Source of the DNA: Paraspadella gotoi
Lineage: Eukaryota; Animalia; Chaetognatha
Direction of reading: 5' to 3'
NCBI GenBank assembly: GCA_051294375.1
Contig: JBJCIZ010000239.1
Coordinates: 1,692,581-1,756,580 of the forward strand
Length of the DNA stretch: 64,000 nt
A model generated the notes under the pieces. The model was not told the origin of the DNA. It saw nothing but the letters and a program-made list of their open reading frames with translations, and did no database searches. This document shows positions 38,701 to 51,528 of the stretch, piece by piece (within the stretch, counting starts at the first letter, position 1; the number at the start of each line of letters is the position of its first letter). A program made the translations under genes and the position numbers.

Positions 38701-40746
38701 TCCGTTCGTTTTCGAACTCGCACCCTCACTTTTCTCTCTGTCTCTATCTCTCTCTCAAACATAATAATCACCTTTTCCCCACCGTCGATAATTTTGATAA
38801 GAGCGGTGTATTCGTCTTCCAGAACTTCCCTGACGACGGCCTTTTTCTTGTGATACTTTTCGCCGAGTCTTTTCGTGACGAGTTTGACGACGATGCCCGG
38901 CAGCAGCCAAGGGACGTCGTCGTCTGCGGCTGCTTCCTCGTTCGCTCGCTTCCGCTCCTGCTGCTGTTTGCGCTGAGCGTCCTCGAGGATGATCTCCTCA
39001 ATGGCGCTCATGGGTTTTTTCTTCTTTGAATCCTAAAAGACGGAAAATATTCTTATTCCCTAATAATGAATATTATTACTAAACATCATATCTAAAACTA
39101 ACCGACGAGTCAGACTCGCCCTTGGCCTTTCGTTTGGCGCCGGCCAGAGCTTCCAACGGATTCGACGATGACGACGACGAAGACGACGACGACATCGACG
39201 ACGCGGGTCTTGACGCCCCGGCGCCGAGGTTGAACGTCACCTTTTTTTTAAAGAATTAAATATTAATTTTACATTAACCTTAAAGTTTTGAGAATTTGAG
39301 GTCGTTGTTGTTATCTTCTAACCTTCTCTTCCTCATTGTCTCTCTTAAGTTCGGTAAACTCCGTCTCACCCTCGTCGCCTTTGGCCTCTTTGGCCAATTT
39401 GATCTGCTTCTCCAAAAACTTGGCCTGTTGCTCCTCGTCTGTCAGGTCGAGTTTCTCTCGCTTCGACTTGGACGCTTGAGCTCGAATGCTGGAAGAAGAA
39501 GTCGGGAAATGATGCTATTGTCACCAGCTGATCTAATTTACTTTTATTCACCTCTTTTTATTAAAAGTTTGTACGCGCACATAGTTTTTTTTAAAACGAT
39601 AGAAAATATTGACAATGAAATGACAGTAAATCTGACCAACTACGCGATGAAGAAAGGTAATCCTAGTCTCCAAGATTGGAATGATACTAGACCAGCCCCA
39701 ACAAAATGAGTTGCGCAGTCGAAATAGTCATATTTCAAATCTTAAAATCAAAACAGAAACGAATCTCACAAATCAAATTTTTTTTATGCTGAAAGAAAGA
39801 CGGAAGTCTTTAAAGCTCACAGCTCATGAGTACTAACTTTCGAACAAGATTGATTAATTAATGAATGGATAATTTTTAGAGTGCTTTCACAAATGGTGTG
39901 AAACACTAGAAAAAAGTTATAATATTTTCTGATACCTCTTCTTAACTCAAAAACGCATCGTAAAAACATGAAAAACCATATTGCAAAATTAATTGTTTAC
40001 ATCATATCCCCCGAAATCCGATTCCACGAAAAAAAAAAAAAAAATCCCCAAAATTTCTTTAATCAAAAAATTGAAGGCAAAGACGCTGCAATACGCAAAT
40101 GAGAATAAAGATTCTAAAACGAGATGACAAAGATTTTTATCTTACGTGTCGGGTCCACGGTCGATCCACTGGATGAACCAACCCTTCTCCGTATAGTCGA
40201 CCTTGCATTTTCCATCCCGACCGAGGTGCTTGACGAAGCCCGTGAGGGTGTGCCACGTCGTCGCGTTCATGTGCAAATGGTTTTTGTCCTTGATGTATTC
40301 CATGTAGACCTTAACGGGGAAAAGGCTTTGTGAATCTCTATATCTCTCAATTTTTTCTCTCTCTATCTCTCTCTCGCCTGATTGGCTTGAACGCGTTTGG
40401 TGCCGAACTGTCGGGAGAGAAGCTTCATGAACTCCATCTCAAACTCGCTGCTGTAGCCGTCGAGGAACTTGTTGGGGTTGTCGGCGAAGAGGAGCAGTTG
40501 TCTCTGGTGAGACTCGGACATGGCGTGACATTTGAAACCGTTCTCGTCCCTTTGAGTCGGAAAAAGTTGGTTTGAGGATTGAGAAACTGCGTCCTATTGA
40601 CTTTCTCACCTTTTTTTTCACTATGATTCTCACCTGCATTGTTTTTCGCACATTTGACAATACCACCGAAGTTTTTGCAATCCTTTCGACTTGATCCGGT
40701 TGGCGATCGCCTTGGGAGTCAAAAAACCGGCTTTTTCTTTCCCCAT
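35789..40746 (-). CDS. KIN: DNA/RNA-binding protein KIN17, 7 exons
   Basis: MGKEKAGFLTPKAIANRIKSKGLQKLRWYCQMCEKQCR|DENGFKCHAMSESHQRQL; HLHMNATTW; WLLPGIVVKLVTKRLG..GEK|MKIDQAHVETVIPAIG (KOW). The last intron, 36008 to about 38772, holds a nested gene. Confidence 0.95.
36193..38529 (+). CDS. DYNC2LI1: Cytoplasmic dynein-2 light intermediate chain, nested antisense in the KIN17 last intron
   Basis: LWDLA..ILVIGDQGAGKTTIV..FWEIGGG..VVVLVLDLSTP; PIIIVGNKYDEFQ; KPLIIPWGKDTFESL; EQEIDAARRVK. May end at TAA 38079 or splice GA|GTAAGT to an in-phase exon at 38241-38529. Confidence 0.85.
38147..38156. other. Assembly gap (N10) flanked by about 65-bp near-duplicate sequence
   Basis: nnnnnnnnnn; about 38080-38146 is repeated at about 38158-38225. 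Confidence 0.95.
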
Positions 40747-40871
40747 CTTAGTTTTTCGGTTTTTTTTTAAGGGTTAAGTCTAAAAAAAAAGAAAATATAA
40801 TGTAAAGAATCCTCTTTCAAGGCATCTCCCTCCAAAGGTGCAACGAAATTCAATCGACGACCCGATTGTGT

Positions 40872-40930
<59 letters not shown>

Positions 40931-41125
40931 CGCGCGAGCGCGCATAAAAAAAAACAAAAAACCATAGCACTGATGTGTAAAATCTATTTCAGATAATTAA
41001 CTAAGAAATACTAATGGATCAGAACGATCGAAGGTCATTGAAGGTCAACATCTGGCCTCCCAAAAATAGGTGAGAGGCACGTCAAGGGAATTTCCGAGAA
41101 ATGCCAGGAGAATTTCCGGGAAATG

Positions 41126-42251
41126 CTACGGGGTCGACTCCACATCCATCTTCTCCTCCTCCTCCTCATCTTTCTTATCCTCGACGACTTTGGGTCGGAG
41201 AAGGTCGTAGTGGCCGCGCTTGAAGTCGTAGTTCAAAAAAATCGGCTCCTGCGCGGGTAAGGTGTAACGTGGGAACGAATGAGTGTACGGGGGCAGAGTT
41301 ATGGAGAGATTGATTGTAGTTGATGAGAATAATCCCAAAAATAGTGAAGGATACCAAAAAAAAGAGGTGTCATTGTAATAAAAAAAAAAAAGTAACCAAG
41401 TTACTGATAAAAAGATTAACGACAATATTGAGAATGGATGCAAAAGAAATCACTTTGAGGGATCCCGACGGATTCTCTACGGCGAACATGTCGCTGTTGT
41501 GGTTGAGGACATATATGGGGACTTCGTACAGGTCAGCGGCAAGGACGATCTCCGAATGGTCGCCCCACGTCCTGTCCTTTCGCATTTCGAACTCGTAGTC
41601 TTTCTTCGTGGTGACATCGTGCTGCTTCTTGGCTAAATGTCCGAACCGCGACCAGTTGACGGCGGCGTGGTCGACGATAGCGGCGCGAACGGCCATGTAT
41701 GCCCGGCGTTCCTTGAAGCCGAGGCCGCTGGCGAGAGAGCGGAAGAGACAATTTCCGTCTCCTCGCTGACCTTCCAAAATATAGACGCGGCCCCGGACCG
41801 TTACCGTCCTGGATTCGTTGTCGTCGTCTTTGGCGCCCTTGCCGCGGGCGCCGCCCCGGAGAGTGTATCGATTCGAATCGGACGGAGCCTTGGCCCGAGG
41901 ACGGCGCCTTTTGGACTTGGATTTCTGGTCGCCGAACATGACGTCCTCCTCGTCGTTCTCGAGCGCCTCTCGCAAAACGCCGGCGAGCGCTTCGGCGTGT
42001 TTGGAGGAATCGGGGACGGCGCCGGTTTGGAGCGGAGGGATCGTGAATTGGCCCGCGTCGGCGAAGGGATCGTCGACTCGATGCCTTCGGTGGACGCAGA
42101 CGACGCCATCGACGATATCGTCGACGACGGAGAAGACGGAGTCGGCGTTGTTGTTGTTATCGTTGCGGAATCTCCCGTCCTCCTCGGCGAGTTCGACGTT
42201 CGAAGGGTCGTCAGCTTCCTCGGCCTCGGGCATTGTCGTCGACGAAGGCAT
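41126..42251 (-). CDS. OTU-domain deubiquitinase-like protein, 2 exons
   Basis: GDGNCLFRSLA (catalytic Cys), WGDHSEIVLAA, and after a GT-AG intron EPIFLNYDFKRGHYD (catalytic His). Confidence 0.85.
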
Positions 42252-42398
42252 GCCGGGGGATTGGTTTGTAGAGGATTTATTACAGAAAAGATATAACTGA
42301 AAAAATAATGTCAAACAAATAAACGAATAGGTATGAAAGTAAGAGAGGAGAAAGCATGATGAGATAATAAGCAACAGAAGAGTCGGAAATCATTTTTT

Positions 42399-43520
42399 TC
42401 ATCGTCCGACTTGCGAGGTAGCGTGTTCCAAATGGGCCAAAGGTCCCCCGGCGTTCGAGTCTGGATTCGTGGGGGTGGCTCGTCCGGGAGATCGGTTATA
42501 ACCGCCTCGACTTCCGCGCCCGCCGCCGCGACCGCGCATAGACGGCACGTTCATCGCCGGCATATTGGACGGGGGAGGTGTCTGGGTAGGGGTGATGGCT
42601 CGGCGGGCGACGGCCGCGGCTGAAGCCGAGGGAATAGAGGCATTTTCATTTCGACCCAGGCGAGTTGATGGGTCTCTAACTCTGTATCTCTCTTCCTTCC
42701 TTTCTTTTTTCTCACAGAGGCAATTCCCGTTCTCCCTTTCTCTATCTCTCTTCCCTCTTTTCTCACTTTTTCCTTACCCGAGACCGTTCCCGGCGTCGGC
42801 GGCGTCGGAGCGGCGGCCTTGACGGCGCCCTCGGCTTTCCCCACCTCGGCGAGAGTCTGACGCCACTGCTTGAGCCTTTCTCTATGTCGGGCGACGGCCT
42901 GATTCTTCCTCTCGATCTCCGCCTCCACATTTTCGATCTCTTCGCGGAGAATGTTCTCGGGTTTGTCTCGGCAGAGGACGAGCCGCTTCTTGAGGAAGAA
43001 AACCTCCAACTGACGGGCGGCGTCGAGGAAAGTGTTCATGCACTGGTCGGCTGAACGGAGTCGTAGTTGTTGTTGTGGAAAAGGGAAGGAGGACAAGAAG
43101 GAAGGTTTGTCGTTAGTAGTAAACTTAACAGTTTAAAAATATTATATAATAAAAATATTTTATTATATGATAGGCAAGCCAAGCACTCTGAGAGTTAATA
43201 AACTCGACAAGAATCTGGATTGTATTATGTTATTATAATGTAAGAGGGGTGGATATCCTGGAGGCTTAAACCCACCACTGCCCGGGACAAAACGGCTTGT
43301 TTATTAAATGAATCGTTCAATTATTCCATCTAAACGACACCAACACACCAGTTGCCCTCGTCTCTTCGTGGTCCGTCCGTAAATATCCCTCCGGATGCGT
43401 GGCGCACGCGTGCGACGCCCAAAACGCCGCCTCAAAGTTTTCCGCCAAATTTTCAGTTTTCGGCGTCGTTTCCGTCTTGATTTTCGGCGTCAGTTCCGCT
43501 TTGATCTGTGGCGCCGTCAT
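42399..43520 (-). CDS. MED28: Mediator subunit 28, 3 exons
   Basis: LAENFEAAF..DHEETRATG|ADQCMNTFLDAARQLEVFFLKKRL..KPENILREEI; C-terminal GPLAHLEHATSQVGR*. Confidence 0.88.
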
Positions 43521-43983
43521 TTTTTCTGACGTTCTCTCGGGTTTCAAAATTTTTTTTCGACACGAAATATAGCAAAATGTACACCGAAATAGGAATTTTT
43601 TGTTTTATTCAGAAATAAAAAGCGCATTTTTATTTCAATATTGTTTCAATATTGGCAAATTGTTTTTAGAAAAAGTTTACAAACGCAAAACGGGAGGATG
43701 GAAAAAAAATTAACCGTTTCAATAGAAAATTTAAAAGGCGAGAAAATGAAAAAAAAAAATATAAAACAGACTAGAATTCGTCGACATACGCGGATATATA
43801 CGACCCCCCAAAACTACCATCTAATAATAATACAAATTCAAAGCGGAAATACAGCTTAATCACAAGAGAACCACCGTGTCAACGATTTAGTTATTATAAA
43901 ATCCCGACGATCACCCAATATCCCCTATCAGCCTATATAGTATATAGTCGAGAGCGGAGGTGGGCGTGGCGCGTCCATCAATT

Positions 43984-46900
43984 TCACTTTCGCTTCTTCA
44001 ATTCCTCGAATCGCCGCGTGAGGTCGTCTAGATCGACGTCGTCGTTCGGCGGCATCGGAGCAGAGGCGCCGCCGGGGCCGCCGCCGTGCGGAGTCACGCC
44101 GCCGCTTCGGGGCGGAGACGGGATGTCGGGCAGGGAATCGGGAATTCCTAAAAGATTCGAGGAATGAGATGAAGCAACTCTTCATCAAAATCTTCACCCG
44201 CGCCGATTTACCCGGCAATTCCGGTAGCGAAAAGTCGGAGGTCTTTCCCGTCGGCGCGAGGGAATTGGAACCACCGGCCGCGGGGCGTTTGGAAGGCAGA
44301 GGCGGCGGACCAGCGGTTCCTGGGTCGTTCCACATGGTTTCGTTGTAGGAAGGCGGCTGTGGTGAATGAGTTGGAAAGATAGTTATCATGAGAAAAATTA
44401 GCAAACATTTTAAAAACTTACCATAGGATGTACAGGGTTCTGGTAACCCCCCGCCGGAGCGCTAGGGGGGTAGCCAGCACCCGGGTCAGTACCGGCCGAA
44501 TGGGCCGAAGATGAGGGAAAGGCCGGGTGATCGTCGCCAGGTGGCGTCGGATGCATCGGAGCCGGAGGATAGGGCAATGCGGCGCCGCCACCGCCACCGC
44601 CGCCTGATCCGCCTCCAAAATGGGGACCGCCACCGGCTCCGCCTGGGCCGCTGAAGGGAGGACCGCCGCCGCCAGCTCCGCCTCCGTATGGGGGACCACC
44701 TCCGGGGCCGGTGAAAGGAATTCCGGGAGCCGGAGGATAAGCGGGAGCCATGGCTACAAAGAAAAAAACGACGATTGGTTAGATTATTAGTTTTTATTGT
44801 GAATTCCGAATACCACTAATCAACATTGGTAGCGCGTCACCCTGAAATGTTTAAGGAGCATGCTCAGATTAAAGGAGCGAATAGAAAAAAAACAAAAAAA
44901 AACGGACCAATTAAAAAGACATTTTCTGTGATTAAACGAGTTAGTCACAAAAAGCGATGAATACAACTTGAATTTGATTTCCGATTCAAACACGGCGCAA
45001 ACCTGGTTCTAAAGGCGGAGGTCCAAAATGAAGGAAGTCTAGCATGAAAACGAAAAGGACGGAACATCTACAGTAGTCACAAACCGCGTATAATGTTAAA
45101 ATCGATATTTTCAAAAACCAAATCCACTCTGGCTTTATTTTAAATTTTCCGACTTGGGTTAGTGGGGTAGTTTAGCTTTAGGGTTCGGGTAGTTAAAAGA
45201 AATGGCAAAAGTTGTTTCCAATGTAATAACATTTTTATACATTGATACTCATAAGAAGCGAAAATCCTACTAGTTAGCGAATGTAAAACTTTACCTGAAG
45301 TCCTAAGTTTAGCTTTGAACGGTTATGGAACGAAATGTTACAACGTAAAAACCCCCCTCCAACCACACCCGATAAAAGGTCAGATCAAAACCAACCAATC
45401 AAAAACCTCACCTCCGTCGGGCGCGACCCCGTTGGCCGGGAGGGCGTTGGGATTCTTCTCGTCGAGTCCGCGGAAGTCGATGAGCTGTCCGAGTTGATCC
45501 TCCGCCAACGCCACCTCTTCCTCCTGCAGGACCTTGGCGTCGGGTTCGAAGGGCACGTTGTGGCTTCGGGCGATTTCGATCAAGTATCTGAAAAGGATGA
45601 AGAAGGGAGACGGAGGTTTAATTCGTCGAGCGAGGGTCGATGACTTTAACACAAATCTCTAAAAGAAGTTTAAAGATTAAGATCCAAACCGAGACTTCCA
45701 AAAATCCAAGCGCATTTAACGCAAAACGAACTTTGACAACAAAAGAAAACAAATCGATTACCCCTCCCCCCCCTGACCCCCCTCTTACCTCTCGACGAGA
45801 GCCTTGGGCGGAGGCGTGGCGGCGAGCCGGTGCACCACCTTCATGTTGACGTTTCCCAGTTGGTTGGCGCGGCAGGCTTCGGCGAATTCTTTCTTGTATT
45901 TGAGCGTCAACTGGTCGCTGACGACCCTCAGCTCGGGAACGTCGGATTGGATGCGGGGCGTGCAGTAGATAAGAGTGGCGAGTGACTCCTCGAGGCCTGT
46001 CGAAGATGAGGGCGATGGCGAAAGAGGGTGAAATATTTTTAACTAAAAATGATTTCTTAATGCGTAAGACTAATATGGTTTGCGGAGAAACTTGCGTGGA
46101 CTCATAACTATGGCCGTTAACTTATCTGTCAAATTGATTCAAAAATTCATTATACATTAAACATTCATTCATTTATCATTCATCTCTGCATATATAATCC
46201 ATTTAAGTTAGTTGACTAACGGACGACATTAAGGATTTGATCGCCTTTAATGATCTATAAGATTCAAGCGGATTCAACAGGAAGTTAACATAAAAGTCAA
46301 CAAAAACCTAACAATAAAAAGCTTAACTTCATGCCGCAATATGTAAATTGAATTTTTCCCCCTCTCTCTCTCTCACCAGGGTCGACCTCCTTGTAGGTCT
46401 TGATAATTCCGAATCGGGCGACGAGGAGGTCGCAGTACAACTCAACCACCTCGAGCGCCTCCACGAAGTAGTCTTCGCGGATGATGTGCTCGACGCGGAT
46501 GCGCGCCCGGTCGCTTTTGCCTTGACCGATGTAATCGGCGATCTCTTTGCGAGCCTGTTGGTCAACGGGCGGGAGACAAGAAAGGGGTTTTGAGAGACAA
46601 CGTTGGGGCGTTGCAGTCTCTTTCGAAACTTGCTTTCGTGGAGACGACCAAGTGAGAGGCTTTAATATTACAGCACTCTTGAGTTAACGAGCTCATTTCA
46701 GTTTTACAATTTCATACAAAATACGTTTTTTTGTAAATTTAGCCAAAATTTTGACTTGATTAATCAGCGAGAAATGCAAATGTGAAAAAGTTCTCACCTC
46801 ACATCACTTCTCACACGTATCAATCACAATTATTTCTCCCTCGCGACTAAAGTTTCACGTCGTCGTGAAGCCATTCCGTCGTATTGGGTAAGAGTAAGAG

Positions 46901-47069
46901 ATTAGACTCACCCAAAGCTCTTCCTTGCCTCACCCACCCTTTCCATAACCTAGCCTTTCCTCACCTTCTGCGCCTGTTCGGTCTTCTTCTTCCCCAGCAG
47001 CTTCAACCTGTTGATGGAGAGGCGCAGGTTCGTCTTTAGTTTGTCGTAGTTGGGGCCCGAGGCGAACAT
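43984..47069 (-). CDS. IST1: ESCRT-III-associated factor IST1, 7 exons
   Basis: KLKTNLRLSINRLKLL.KKKTE; RARIRVEHIIREDY; YLIEIARSHNVPFEPD; C-terminal MIM DVDLDDLTRRFEELKKRK*. Confidence 0.95.
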
Positions 47070-47932
47070 GGTCCTTTTGGTTTGTTTTGTTACGCTTAAG
47101 ACGATTAATAAGTTAGCCAATCGACAATGTGGTAAGGATTTAGTCAAGTTGTGAATCTGGTTAGTTTCGCGAAGGGAGCGAAGGCGAATCGATTATCAAA
47201 GGCTGGAATCATCGGCGTCCGTGACGTCGAAATGACTCAGGATCGAATGATGATGATGATCCAACGACGTAACACAACGAAACACTTGTTTATTTTTCTC
47301 TTCTTTCAGAGATTCCATTCGATTCTTCGCGCCAGAATTTGTTCCTTTGTTTCGAGGCGACGCCGACGGAGATTGGAGTCCAAGTTTGTTTGGGAGGATT
47401 CAAGAAAAAAAGGACACTGATCTGGATATCACTATCACAACACAAGCAGTATAAATATTATTAGATAAAGATTGCTTAGGAAACCTGCTGCTTTTCCATT
47501 TTGCTAAAACCTGTTTCAAGAAATAAACAAACAGACAGTATTCAGCTCGATAGTTAAGGTTCCTACGACTACTGAGTGATAAAAGCTTACTAACATATCA
47601 AGTAGAACTTCTGTTTCAACTTTCAATATAATTTCAATTTAAACTAATGAATCCACCTTCGTCAAGTAAAAAATTCGAATTGTAAAATAATCCAACAATT
47701 TTTTGTTATTATTGTAATGTTATTATTTGAGAAAAAAACCAGTCAATCTGTAAATCACAGATAAAGATATAAAACGAACCGGGATATATTTGTGAAAACT
47801 GTTTTATAAGATTTTTATTCCTGGCGTAGGAATGTGTTAATAATGGTAGCATCTCTCACTGTATCAACTCGTTCACACAGATAAAAATCCATAGTCAAAA
47901 CCATTGAGTGTTCTTGCCGTTGATCCAGTTAA

Positions 47933-48003
47933 AAAGATCAATTGAAAGATCAATTGATCAATTGAAAGATCAATTGATCAATTGAAAGATCAATTGAAAG
48001 ATC
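47933..48003. repeat. Tandem array of palindromic GATCAATTG(AAA) units
   Basis: aaagatcaattgaaagatcaattgatcaattgaaagatc... downstream of the PTPMT1 stop. Confidence 0.9.
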
Positions 48004-48133
48004 GAGACGCGAAAACGAAAAAGAGAAATGAAGGAGACGACTAGTCAATATAGTCTATTATAGAAAAGGTTCACTAACATCAACAAGGAAACGGAACGAG
48101 TCAATTTTCCAGACGAGGAAAAGAGTAAATGTA

Positions 48134-49194
48134 TCACGAGGCGAAAGTATTAGACGAAGGAGGAGATCGAGTCAAAAACTGGTTGTAGTAATCGCGAAGG
48201 AGTCGACGCTGAGGCTGTCGAATGGACACGTGACTTCGGATGGACTTCAAGTAAACCTCGGCCTCTTGAGGAGTCATTCCGGCCTCTTCGATCAAGTAGG
48301 CCGCCACGACGGTGGCGCTGCGTGTCCGACCCGCTTTGCAGTGGACGTAGACGCTCTCTCTGATAAAAAAACGAGAAAGGTATAATGATGATTGAGTGAG
48401 AATAGGAAAGGATAAACCGAGTTGCACGTACGTAGAACCTTGACATGGGGTTCCTAATAGTTTTAGCTACAGATTTCACAACTTCAATTCTAGTTTAATT
48501 AGATACTTTCGAGAATTAATATTTAACTAATCATTTAGGTAAGTATTACGTGAGACTTAGTAACCGTTAACAACAAAACTCATAAAACAGAATGGTACAA
48601 TGCACCCCTCACTCTTCCCTTTCTTAACTCACCTCCTCCTTTTAGCCTCCTTAATAAAATCCACTCCCTTCCTCGTCTGCTCCATCGACGGCGCCGCGAC
48701 GAGATCCACGACCTCCAGATGCAGATGCTTCACCCCCATGGTCTTCCACTCTTCGGGCTGCACCGACCAGGGCCTGGAGAGGCTCAGCTCGAAGGCCTCG
48801 TTGAGGGTGATGACTCCGCGGACGTTTTCGTCCACGACGAGGTGAGGGAGAGAAGAGCGGAAGGGAATGGCGCCGAGGATGACGTTCGCGTCGATGCGGT
48901 CGTACCAGCGGCGGGAGCTCAGTTTTTCCATGGCGACGTTGTAACTTTTTATGAGGAATAATAATAATTACTTAATTAGTGTTTAATGATTAGAAATATA
49001 TAATAAAACACTAACTACACTCACAACAATGTGGGATAAAAGGATATCTTGGTCATCGTCCTCGCCATCCCGCCGGTGCCAAGACCGTATTTCAAAAGTT
49101 TATAAACGAGACTGAAGGAGGCGATGGAAACGAAGGCGACGGCGGAGACGCTCACGGCGACGACGACGGGACGACGCGAGAGCAGAGAAGGCAT
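48134..49194 (-). CDS. PTPMT1: Mitochondrial phosphatidylglycerophosphatase PTPMT1, 3 exons
   Basis: FYPTL|FYNVAMEK..RWYDRIDANVILGAIPF..NVRGVITLNE; catalytic VYVHCKAGRTRSAT. Confidence 0.92.
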
Positions 49195-49516
49195 CGGTCC
49201 ATTCGGTACGGGGGAGAAATATTACACTGTCAACAATAATAATTAACAGCACAAAGGGTTAACAGATGTTGGAATAATCATTGAATTGTTACTGTCAGGA
49301 ACAAACTCTTGTGGATTTCCACAAAGTTCCAATCGAGATTGCACAAGAGTTTGTTCCTGACATTACGACAAGGCGTAGTATAGTATTTCAAAATGAATGA
49401 TGCCTAAATATAGTTCCCTCGTTCGTCTCTCATTTACGTCTAAAGGAAAAGGCACAAATCACAAAAAAAAAGCTGGTCCGAAACGAGTGGACGGACGTAC
49501 GGACCCTCCACCCCCT

Positions 49517-51528
49517 TCAAACGCTCTCCGTCGCCACGAAACACGACAATCTCTTCTTGAGCAGCGTGACCTTCATCGGTTTCGCCTCGAAAGTCTCGTC
49601 GTCGATCCCGATCGATTCTCCGTCGCCCGCGTCGCGCGGTCGTAGATAAAATTCGCGTGCGCTGGCGAGAAAGCGTCGCGGAGCGTCGAAGCCCGTCAAG
49701 GGTTTCTCCCTCAGTCGCGCCCACCCGTCGGCGACAAAGTCTTTTCTCGACGACGGCGTCGGACTCGTGTAAAGATCGATGCCGCCGGTTCTGTGTCTGT
49801 CCGTCAATCCGTCCGGTCTCGCGATCGAGTCCAAAACGGCGACGAACTGAGATCCTTCGACGACGGCGCTTTTGATTTGACCGCAAGAGTCGTTGATGAT
49901 GGACGATCGATCTTCCTCTTCCTCAACGACGGGCGTCTTCGATTTATTCCCGGCGCCGTAGATCCTTTGAAAGAAACTCCGCCCGTTCAACGCCTTGGCG
50001 TTTTTCTCTACGAGTTTGGAGGTTTCGCTGACGAAGCACTTGGAGCATCCCTCGCAGGATTCGACGTAGTCTACTTGGGCGGCGATGGACTTGGGCCAGG
50101 GTTGGAAGGTGAGTGTGGAGAAGAGGTAGGCGACTTTGTGACGGAGCCGTTTGCCCCAGTACCAGTATTTCTCGCTCTTTTCGGCGACGTCCCGGTGGAG
50201 ACCCCATTCGAGTCCGGCCACGGCGAAGATCGTTTTCTTCTCGGACGAGTCTTTGGTTGTGTCCGTTGAGGGCTCGATAGAGTCAGGGGAGTTATTCAAT
50301 GAGTTTAAATGATCGCTGATGTCGTCATCGTGGTCGCTTTCGTCGACGCCCGCCTCGATCTGGAGGACGTCGATCTTTGTCGTCTTCCCGCGCAAAATCG
50401 CCATCGCCGCTTCGCACATGAACTTGACGTCGCCGAGTCGAGGGGAGCGAGGGAGGACGGGACTGTGGGGGGGGGGAATCGATAAAATATTCGTCAAACT
50501 TTGGTTACATCGATTAACAGACCTCATGAGCGCCCGGACGAGCGTGGAATGCTTCCCGGTCGGAATGATCCCGACGGAGATGTTGTCGACGATCTCTTTG
50601 GAGTCGGGGCGTCGAAGCAGACCCGTGACGGCCTCAACGACGAGACCCGATCCGCCGACGAGGACGACTGAGTCGGCCATGTCCTTTTCGATCACCTCCA
50701 TGTATCCACGGGCCTGGTAAGTGAAGAAAAAAAGCTGCATAAATATAAGTCATGATTTTTAGGTTTTTAATTCTCGTTTTAACCCTCGTTGTTCTCTCCA
50801 TTTACCTAATTCCACTGTTTTCTCAAGCTTTTTTTTCCCTTTAAACTTTAAAGTCATGCGTGGTGATTCTCTAATTTTGTTTTCATTGTCAAAATAAAAT
50901 TAAGTAACATAAGATTTTAATGTTACTAAAGCAGTAGATAGTATCATCAAAACAACTCGACATTTGCTCAAAGAAATGTGGCGAGAGAGGTTTAATAAGT
51001 TCGTCCTCATTCGCTCGAGGACAAGTATGTTTTTAAAATGTTCAATATTTTAATATCATCCAAAATGCTACAATATGCAAATGAAATTAAAGAAAATATC
51101 TGCATTATCACTTCCACCAACCACGACAACAACAACAACTGACCTGCCCCTCGAACTCGGTCTTGATGACGTGGACGTCGAGGCCTCCGAGGTGCAGCAG
51201 CGGCGCCACCGTCTCGTCGAAGAGTTTCCGAGAGGAGTTGTCGCCGGCGGCGGGATTTAGCAGGACCGTCACCTTGCGGTTCCGTGCGAAAGGAGGGATG
51301 GGCTAGAGAATCGGACGACAAAATTCATTTTAATTTTCTGTTCGTCTCCAACTCATCCTAAGCGAGGAGTAGAACCTGACTGCCGAACTCCTTGGCCATC
51401 AGGCAATAACGTCGCCTGAGATCGTCGTCTTCCATTCGCCTGATTCCCCATCGAACTCCGTAGAGGCCAACGATCGAGAAGAAAATCGACTTTTTCCAAT
51501 GGTTTCGAAGAGTTTTTATCAACTTCAT
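49517..51528 (-). CDS. AGK: Mitochondrial acylglycerol kinase
   Basis: MKLIKTLRNHWKKSIFFS..DDDLRRRYC..AKEFG; KVTVLLNPAA; APLLHLGG; VVEAVTGLLRR; KYWYWG.LR. Confidence 0.92.
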
